Source: a virus
Taxonomy: Duplodnaviria; Caudoviricetes
IMG/VR virus record: IMGVR_UViG_3300026088_000016
Location: 8,251 to 72,250 of that record
Reading direction: 5' to 3' (one strand)
Length of the DNA: 64,000 bases
The translations under genes were made by a program, and so were the position numbers. Every line of letters begins with the position of its first letter. The first letter of the stretch is position 1. Below are positions 57,739 to 64,000 of the stretch, piece after piece. The notes below the pieces were generated by a model. The model saw only the letters and a list, made by a program, of their open reading frames with translations, was not told the DNA's origin and made no database searches.

Positions 57739-58493
57739 GCCTCCGCGTAAGCTTCGGTGGCCCGGGCCGAGTCAAGAAGCTGCTTGAAGCCCTTCGGGGA
57801 CTCATCCCCCTCAATTGTTTTCTTGAAGCATTGGCCGGCGGCGATGTGGTAAATCACGATGCCTTCGGGCTTCCTAAACCCGGGCGCCGCAGAACTCCCC
57901 GCATCCCGGAGAAGCTCCATGCAGCCCTTTACAGCGAAGTGGTCAAACAGTCCGCGGTAGAGCAACGGGACAGTAGTGCAACACAGCGGCCCCGGTTTTG
58001 AGCCCAACAGCACATGCGTTTTCCCCGGCTCCTTGGAGTAAATCAACTCATTCACTCCCAGCTCAAACGCATGGTCATGCCGAATTGCCCAACGCGAGAC
58101 ATTGAACAGCGCGAACTTCCGGTCCTCCATCCCGTAGGCGCGATTGATACCGCGGCCGAACCATTCGCCGAAGTGGCGCCCGGGCCCGAGCTTGAAAAGC
58201 TCCGCGGCGTTCTCCTTGCACCAGTGGGCAAACCCATAGTTGTCTGGGTCGCCCTTCTCGCCGGGCTGCTTGGGGCGAATCCAGCGAGTGCGGGAACCGA
58301 CGAACATCGCGAAGGTGTCGTTGATAGCCGTCGCCTCTGGGACCGGACCGTCCAGTCCAATCTCCGAGCGGGGCACAATCGAAATCTGCGCGTTGGTGCC
58401 GTCAATCTTTTCCGTGATGATGCACTCCCGGGACAACCGGGGCATCTTCGGGAAGGGCGCGAATTCAGTTAGTGGAAGGTTCGGTGCGCTCAC
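57735..58493 (-). CDS. ATP-dependent RNA ligase (Rnl2-like nucleotidyltransferase domain)
   Basis: EKIDGTN, GSR, FGEW, FALFN, VP.LY.G, EGIV, FKK. Confidence 0.85.
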   Translation of the reverse strand: MSAPNLPLTEFAPFPKMPRLSRECIITEKIDGTNAQISIVPRSEIGLDGPVPEATAINDTFAMFVGSRTRWIRPKQPGEKGDPDNYGFAHWCKENAAELFKLGPGRHFGEWFGRGINRAYGMEDRKFALFNVSRWAIRHDHAFELGVNELIYSKEPGKTHVLLGSKPGPLCCTTVPLLYRGLFDHFAVKGCMELLRDAGSSAAPGFRKPEGIVIYHIAAGQCFKKTIEGDESPKGFKQLLDSARATEAYAEA

Positions 58494-58992
58494 GAATTTT
58501 CAGTTTCATTTCTCGCGCGTCGCCGCCGAAGACTTCCTTCAACAGCGAGGGAAGTTCCGAGAGCGAGCGTTGAGGGTTGAGTTGATTTGAAAATTTGATG
58601 TTGCCGGTGCTCGGCATCCGCGGCTCCAGCCGAACGAGAATGCAACCCTGCGCGCGAGCGTGAACGAGCACGATGTTGTAGGGCGCCCCCGAGAACCAGA
58701 CCTGCCCGACAGTGCGAAGCGGGTCCTCTTTGCCGTCTGGCGAGTCGAAGACATTCCGCAACACAGCGCCGGGAGTGACTTCGATAAACGCTGTCGAGGC
58801 GTCACGCTGTTCGATGCAGGTGTTCAGCGGCAGAACTTCCTTCGCATTCGGGAATGATTTCTTGATGTCGAGCCAGAGGCTTTCCTTGTCGCGCATTCCG
58901 TTTCCGGTGAGCTTGGTCTCGTTCGAGTGTTCGGTCCCATCCACTCGCCAGAAGCCGACGAGCACGGGGTAGGTAGGTGCAGTTTCAGTCAT
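58465..58992 (-). CDS. hypothetical protein
   Basis: ORF. Confidence 0.5.
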   Translation of the reverse strand: MTETAPTYPVLVGFWRVDGTEHSNETKLTGNGMRDKESLWLDIKKSFPNAKEVLPLNTCIEQRDASTAFIEVTPGAVLRNVFDSPDGKEDPLRTVGQVWFSGAPYNIVLVHARAQGCILVRLEPRMPSTGNIKFSNQLNPQRSLSELPSLLKEVFGGDAREMKLKIRERTEPSTN

Positions 58993-58997
58993 ACAAA

Positions 58998-59249
58998 TCA
59001 AGGTGTCCGGCGTTTCTTCCGTGTCAACGGATACTCTCGAACCGTCAGCCGAATCGTGAACCGGTCCAGAGCCGGGACGTTCTCCCGTATCCATAGCACG
59101 TCATCCGGGCTCGTGTCCACTGTTGAAAAGTGGAAGTAGCGCTTGTCCTGTTTGTGGATGAACGTATGGCCCCGAAGGGTGAGGAGAATGATGGCGTCGG
59201 CCAGTCTTTTCTGGCGCGCTTCGTAGAGTTGTTTGACGTCCGAACTCAT
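58998..59249 (-). CDS. hypothetical protein
   Basis: ORF, ATGA-coupled. Confidence 0.5.
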   Translation of the reverse strand: MSSDVKQLYEARQKRLADAIILLTLRGHTFIHKQDKRYFHFSTVDTSPDDVLWIRENVPALDRFTIRLTVREYPLTRKKRRTP

Positions 59250-59398
59250 TCGGTATCAAACAGTTCCAAGATGTCGCCCTCGGCCTTGCGCGCCTGCTCC
59301 CGATGGAACTCCCGCTGCTCGGCCGGCTGGTTCAGGTCCAGCCCGAGACCGGCGTGGAGCGCGTGCGCTTCGAGCGCGCGGTCAAGGGCTGCGTCCAT
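59246..59398 (-). CDS. 50-aa hypothetical protein
   Basis: MDAALDRALEAH...FDTE*; coupled at both ends. Confidence 0.5.
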   Translation of the reverse strand: MDAALDRALEAHALHAGLGLDLNQPAEQREFHREQARKAEGDILELFDTE

Positions 59399-59697
59399 CA
59401 GTGCTCCGAGGATGGAGTTCCGGAAAGAGAAGCACGCGCCGCGCGGACTGCGTTCATCAGTGGGGCCGGCGGGGGCGCCGGGACCACCTCTTCCGCGGGG
59501 GGTGCGGACTGTTCCTTCTCCGTCTTCCCGTAAGTTTTTCGGAAGCGGCCGTGAGCAACCTTTTCAAACCCGGTCTTGTCGTCCGGGTTGAATGGAATCG
59601 CCGCGAGATTTTCCTTGAAGGCATTCACGTCGCTTGTGCGGTCGTGGTCGCCCTTGCCGGGGCCGTGATGCAGATGGGTGTCTCGGCTGTTCATCAT
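59398..59697 (-). CDS. hypothetical protein
   Basis: ORF, coupled at both ends. Confidence 0.5.
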   Translation of the reverse strand: MMNSRDTHLHHGPGKGDHDRTSDVNAFKENLAAIPFNPDDKTGFEKVAHGRFRKTYGKTEKEQSAPPAEEVVPAPPPAPLMNAVRAARASLSGTPSSEH

Positions 59698-60164
59698 GGC
59701 GTCTGTTGGATGAGTTCACCTTTGTCGTCGGTGAGCGGCTTGAGCTCCGGCGATGCAATCGGCGTGAGCGGCTTCACTGGTTCGGCGCCAGTGTTGCCGG
59801 GCTCGGTAACGTCGGTCGCTGCCGTCAGCTCGTCCACCACCGCGGCCTGCTTGGCGCGTTCCTTATCCTGCTCGAAGAAAAAGAACGTGACCGATTTACA
59901 AATCAGGTCAGCGATGCCCGGGTGCAGTGCGATGGCGTAAGGCGTGCCAGTCGCGTCGTGAATGACGAACGTGCCGGCCTTGCGTGGATTCAGGGAGAAC
60001 CCAAACACCATCCCGTTGGGAAAGCGTTTGAAGGAAATGTTCTGCCCCTGTTCGGGTGCGGGTTGCTCTGGCAAGGGCGCAGAGGCTTTGGGTGGTTCGA
60101 TGTCGCCCGGGGACGGTTTGGTCCTCTCGGCGAATTTGATTTCTTTGATGTTGTTGTCGCTCAT
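59694..60164 (-). CDS. hypothetical protein
   Basis: ORF, ATGA-coupled. Confidence 0.5.
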   Translation of the reverse strand: MSDNNIKEIKFAERTKPSPGDIEPPKASAPLPEQPAPEQGQNISFKRFPNGMVFGFSLNPRKAGTFVIHDATGTPYAIALHPGIADLICKSVTFFFFEQDKERAKQAAVVDELTAATDVTEPGNTGAEPVKPLTPIASPELKPLTDDKGELIQQTP

Positions 60165-60487
60165 AAAAAGAATGGTCCGCAGTGCGCGAATGAAGTTGTC
60201 TGCATCACCAGCACCCCGTTCCAGAAAAAGCATTCGACTCCGGCGCGGGTCAGCTCCACCATCAGCGGCGCGTCAGCGGTCTTGTCCGAGTGCCTTGGGA
60301 TGAGTTCACCGCAGGACACAAGGATGGCGCGCTTCAACTCAAGGTAGTCGTCGAATCCGACAACCACCAGCTTGGGGCCCACGAGCCGGCGACGAGCCTC
60401 ACCTAAGAGGGCCTGATGCAGCTTGTGCCGCAGCAGGGACAGCCGGTTCTGTTCCTCATTAACTTCGCTTGCGGTTTTTTCGTTCAT
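60161..60487 (-). CDS. hypothetical protein
   Basis: ORF. Confidence 0.5.
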   Translation of the reverse strand: MNEKTASEVNEEQNRLSLLRHKLHQALLGEARRRLVGPKLVVVGFDDYLELKRAILVSCGELIPRHSDKTADAPLMVELTRAGVECFFWNGVLVMQTTSFAHCGPFFL

Positions 60488-60887
60488 GCGCCAGAATCTT
60501 GGTCAGGTAATGATTGTTCCGGGTCTCCAGCTCGTCAATCCGGTGCAGAGCCGCTTCCAAATCCTTCGCCAGATTGTCACGCTCGTTAGTGAGAGAACAG
60601 TTCTCGCGTTGCAGGCTCTCGCATGTCGCCCGGGCGGTCATCAGCTTTGCCCAAGCGCGCTCGAACCGGTCGCCGAGGTAGTTCATGTTCCGCTTGAGCC
60701 GGAGGTTGTCCTTCCCCAAGTCCGAGTGGTCCCGCCAGAGGCGGATGAAATCGTTCACCAGCGCATTGATTTGACGATTGTGCGGCGTCACGACGTTACG
60801 ATGATACAGCCAGCGAGCCAGCAGGCCCAGCAGGATGAAGCCGATGAGGAATAGAGACGAGTGAATCAGCAGAGTGGCGACGTTCAT
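60459..60887 (-). CDS. N-terminal TM plus coiled-coil protein
   Basis: LLIHSSLFLIGFILLGLLA then heptads. Confidence 0.55.
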   Translation of the reverse strand: MNVATLLIHSSLFLIGFILLGLLARWLYHRNVVTPHNRQINALVNDFIRLWRDHSDLGKDNLRLKRNMNYLGDRFERAWAKLMTARATCESLQRENCSLTNERDNLAKDLEAALHRIDELETRNNHYLTKILAHERKNRKRS

Positions 60888-60921
60888 AGGTTTGTCCAAG
60901 ATGTGGTTGTGTGGTGCGATG

Positions 60922-61200
60922 TCAAGACGAAGTGCCGGTGCGTTCCAACTGGATGGACAGGGGCAGCGGCCGGGGCTTCGCGACGATGGGTCCGAGTTCC
61001 ACCGGAAGAACCATGAAGTCGTTGCGGAACGAATGGAGCCGGCCGGTCTCAAGGTCCACCGCGGGCAGGTAATTCTCGTTGTCGGTCCGGCAGTTGGTCA
61101 GGATGTAAAAGCCGGTGGCGTCTTCTCGCATGAAGACTTCGCCCAGCTTGACCGAAGTGATGGGGACGGTTTGAATGGCTTGTTCGAGTGTGATTTTCAT
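60922..61200 (-). CDS. hypothetical protein
   Basis: ORF. Confidence 0.5.
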   Translation of the reverse strand: MKITLEQAIQTVPITSVKLGEVFMREDATGFYILTNCRTDNENYLPAVDLETGRLHSFRNDFMVLPVELGPIVAKPRPLPLSIQLERTGTSS

Positions 61201-61427
61201 TTTTTGGTCTGATGTTGTTCGAGAACTTTTCTTGCTGCGTCGTCGGCTCGGCCGAACGCAGACTTCAAACTGGCGAGAGTAAAGACCTGCTCCCCGAAGG
61301 TGTTCTGCCCGGTCTTCAGGCTCATAATCTCCCGGGCATACGCCTCACGAATTTCTCTCAGCGCCTGCTCGCCGAGATTGCGGCCCTTCAGGTCGTCAAG
61401 CTCTTCTTGTGTGAGGAGGTATTGCAC
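61197..61427 (-). CDS. hypothetical protein
   Basis: GTG start 6 nt after extended -10 TGcTACCTT. Confidence 0.5.
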   Translation of the reverse strand: MQYLLTQEELDDLKGRNLGEQALREIREAYAREIMSLKTGQNTFGEQVFTLASLKSAFGRADDAARKVLEQHQTKK

Positions 61428-61455
61428 GGGATTAAGGTAGCACGGCTGTCCACCG

Positions 61456-61713
61456 TTAGACGATTACGAGGTTCGACAAAAAGTCAATGATGATGGGGCC
61501 CGGGGCGTCGTTCAGATATGTGTGGGCGGCAGTCACCATACGGTTCACCGGGACCAGAGCCACCGAGGGCTCCGGGTCGTTATCTGAAATCCAGAGAGCT
61601 TCAATCCGAAAGATTGCCGTCGAGCGACCGCCCGTGATGCAGCGGTTGGCTTCGTCAATCTGTTTGGTGGTGACAATTCGACCGAGCAGCGTGGTCTGGA
61701 TTTGAGATTTCAT
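61456..61713 (-). CDS. hypothetical protein
   Basis: ORF. Confidence 0.45.
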   Translation of the reverse strand: MKSQIQTTLLGRIVTTKQIDEANRCITGGRSTAIFRIEALWISDNDPEPSVALVPVNRMVTAAHTYLNDAPGPIIIDFLSNLVIV

Positions 61714-61799
61714 TTTTTCAAGGGGAGTCGAAGTCCGCGGGTATCGGTAGCAGCCGTAGAGCCCGCGCGTTGTCTGCCAAGACTTCTGACTCTCGAAGG

Positions 61800-62348
61800 T
61801 TAGTAGTTGTGGGGGTTTCCGCCGTTGCCGTTGTTACCACCTTTGGTGGTATTGATGGTGGTAGTAGTGTTTCCAGAACCAATCACCCCGGACCATGAGT
61901 CCGACTGAGCATTGGCGCCGGACTGCGAGGACGAGCTAGACGTGGCACCAGCCGAGCCGTAGCCCTGCCCGGAACCGCCTGCGCCGCCCGCGCCACCGGT
62001 TGCACTCGTGTCGCCGGTCTGGCTGTTCGAGCCGCTGTTGTTGTTCACGCGAGTGGAAGCAGGACGCAAGCTCACGCCATTGACAGCCGCGGCGCCAGCG
62101 CCACCGACTGCGGAAACCAATGCCGGCCCGAGACCCGCGCCATTGGCGGACGTGATGAAGTTCACTTCATTGTTCTGCACGTTGCGAGTCGCCAGTGCCG
62201 TGATGTTCGGCGTGTCGAGCCCGCGAAGGCTCACCTTGTAGAGTTCCAAGTCTCCGATGCGGCCGACTTGTTTTGTGTGAGAGCATCCGATGCAGAGAGT
62301 AACCGCCGTCATCGTGACGAGCGCCAGCAGGTTTTTGATTTTGGTCAT
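61800..62348 (-). CDS. lipoprotein with Gly/Ser/Asn-rich tail
   Basis: Signal ending CIGC; low-complexity C-terminal half. Confidence 0.65.
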   Translation of the reverse strand: MTKIKNLLALVTMTAVTLCIGCSHTKQVGRIGDLELYKVSLRGLDTPNITALATRNVQNNEVNFITSANGAGLGPALVSAVGGAGAAAVNGVSLRPASTRVNNNSGSNSQTGDTSATGGAGGAGGSGQGYGSAGATSSSSSQSGANAQSDSWSGVIGSGNTTTTINTTKGGNNGNGGNPHNY

Positions 62349-62375
62349 AGAAATGTGGGGGCCCTTAGCGTCGTA

Positions 62376-62495
62376 TCAGCGCGTCGTCAGATTTGAAGTC
62401 CTAATCGCGGTGGTCGATTGGCCGGGGCCCAGAGTGTAGTGACGCGCGAGGAGCACGAAGCCCAACACCAGCGCGATTTTCAAAAGTTTGTTCAA
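62376..62495 (-). CDS. 39-aa TM peptide
   Basis: TTG start; LKIALVLGFVLLA hydrophobic helix. Confidence 0.35.
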   Translation of the reverse strand: MNKLLKIALVLGFVLLARHYTLGPGQSTTAIRTSNLTTR

Positions 62496-62535
62496 AGCAA
62501 AAGAATGTTGCACAGCGTCAGAAAAGTTGCCACCG

Positions 62536-62907
62536 TTAGACAATGTCGAAGTTGACCGGCGTGGTCACCAGCGCCACCGCTTCCTGTTCGAGCTGGTCCT
62601 TGATGTAACGAATCAGCCCGGAGATGGACGCCATCGAGTCGGGCGCCGGCACCGTCGCTCCGTCCGGCGTCACCCAGACCGCTGGCACATACACAATCAG
62701 GGTGCGTCCCTCTTCAGTGAAGAGAGTCCCCGCCGGGCTGGTCCAAGTTCCCATTGTGGGGACGATGGTGCAACCGCTGAAAAGGTTGGTTGCACGGGAC
62801 CGGATGTTGGCCAACTTTGCCTCCCGGGTGGAATACGGAATGTGATTCCCGTGCCGGTTCAGCCCGATGCCGAACCCGATTTCAATTTTGAAGTGTGAGT
62901 TTCTCAT
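62536..62907 (-). CDS. hypothetical protein (DUF3574-like pattern)
   Basis: FSGCTI...GTW......E....L. Confidence 0.5.
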   Translation of the reverse strand: MRNSHFKIEIGFGIGLNRHGNHIPYSTREAKLANIRSRATNLFSGCTIVPTMGTWTSPAGTLFTEEGRTLIVYVPAVWVTPDGATVPAPDSMASISGLIRYIKDQLEQEAVALVTTPVNFDIV

Positions 62908-62910
62908 GGT

Positions 62911-63288
62911 TCACTCGGTTGGGCGGACATAGGGATTCACCTTGCGCGGCTGGGGCAGCGCGCTCCACTTTTCGTAATGGGCGTCAGTGACCGGGTCAAT
63001 GTGGTCAGTCGCCTTGTCGTCCGCGGGGCAGGAGTAGTCCGCGACCAGCTCGCCGGGACTGTTGCCCAGCACCAGATAGAGCCATCGCTTGTTGCCACTC
63101 GGGTCCGTCACGTAGAGGCGGGACTCGTCGCAGGCGATGAGGTTCTCGATGAAGGAGTCGAGCTTGCCCTCCTCGAAGTTGAACTTGTCCTCGCCGTTAT
63201 CGCCCTTGCGGAGTGTGAAGCCGGCCGCGGTCAACGCAGTCAGCAGGTCTTTCACTTCGGGGGCCCAATCATTTATCATGTTATTCAT
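62911..63288 (-). CDS. hypothetical early protein
   Basis: ORF with TTGACG-17-TACTGT-6nt-ATG promoter (63295-63323). Confidence 0.6.
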   Translation of the reverse strand: MNNMINDWAPEVKDLLTALTAAGFTLRKGDNGEDKFNFEEGKLDSFIENLIACDESRLYVTDPSGNKRWLYLVLGNSPGELVADYSCPADDKATDHIDPVTDAHYEKWSALPQPRKVNPYVRPTE

Positions 63289-64000
63289 ACCGGAACAGTA
63301 GTCTCGGTCTGCTCGCTCGTCAATACGGTCTGTTTGCTACGTAATTCCCCGAGGGCTTTGACGTAGTCCCGCACCTTGGCCAGCGTCTCGTGCCAGTCAT
63401 AGGCGATGTGGTCTCCGTAATGCGGGTCCAACTCTTCCGAATCCAGACTCGGCGGAGGAAAAACCCAGTTCTCCCCGGGCAGGCTGCATGGCGTCGCTGA
63501 GTCGAGTTGAATCCCATACTGTGCCGCCAGCCGCTTGGCTTCCTCCCGCGCCGGCCGGGCGGTGTCCTTCGGCTTCACGGGTGCTGGCGGTATGTTCACC
63601 GCGGCATTCTCGATTGGTATCACGCGCCATGCCCCTTCGACGCGGCAGCGTCGGTGTGGCGCCTTCTTGAGCCGGACCGGCTGCTCGACGTGGTTGTCCA
63701 CAAAAGTATTTTTGTGGATGGTGACGTAATGGTGCGTCAGGTTCACGATGACCGGGAACGTCTGGAAGTAGGCCGAGAAATCCCGGGTGAATGCCGCCAG
63801 CGTTGGCTGCTTGCGGCGCTGCATACCGCCCTCCGGGCCCTCGAAATACAGATTCCAGATGCTCTCCAGCTTATACCCGAGCCGCTGGGCAGCGAGCCCG
63901 AGAGTGCTGGTCCGGACTCCCTTGACCGGGCGCGTTGACTTCCGAATGTCTTTGATGACCCGGACAATCTCCGACGTTGGCCGGCCAGTGACTTCCGAGA
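63285..64000 (-). CDS. hypothetical protein, 5' end outside window
   Basis: Frame stays open to the edge: SEVTGRPTSEIVRVIKDIRK...GVRTSTLGLAAQRLGY...MQRRKQ. Confidence 0.6.
   Translation of the reverse strand, partial: SEVTGRPTSEIVRVIKDIRKSTRPVKGVRTSTLGLAAQRLGYKLESIWNLYFEGPEGGMQRRKQPTLAAFTRDFSAYFQTFPVIVNLTHHYVTIHKNTFVDNHVEQPVRLKKAPHRRCRVEGAWRVIPIENAAVNIPPAPVKPKDTARPAREEAKRLAAQYGIQLDSATPCSLPGENWVFPPPSLDSEELDPHYGDHIAYDWHETLAKVRDYVKALGELRSKQTVLTSEQTETTVPV

Overview
The window is most of a GC-rich tailed dsDNA phage genome with podovirus-like architecture (no tape measure, several ejection proteins). ORFs run off both edges. The + strand (1-36448) carries a serine recombinase, a tRNA/ncRNA cluster, a glycosyltransferase-sulfotransferase-glycosyltransferase cassette, large terminase, portal, scaffold, two more glycosyltransferase-like genes, major capsid, Gly-Pro-Thr collagen fibres, adaptor/nozzle, a GNAT and ejection proteins including a 2424-aa modular protein. 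The - strand (36380-64000) carries a GT4, gmd, nucleases, a sigma factor, primase-helicase, family A DNA polymerase, SF2 helicase, nucleotide enzymes, RNA ligase and many small early genes. Best leads: (1) the giant ejection protein is divided into modules by a 7-fold recurring FLP peptide, suggesting a processed polyprotein; (2) a dispersed glycosylation/sulfation toolkit is interleaved with virion genes whose fibres are Thr-rich collagens; (3) a 146-nt tRNA-like RNA upstream of the capsid gene, other structured RNAs and atypical tRNAs; (4) a hybrid-looking sigma factor with a matching variant promoter set; (5) a probable histone-fold protein next to the polymerase. All assignments come from motifs read by eye; no database searches were run.
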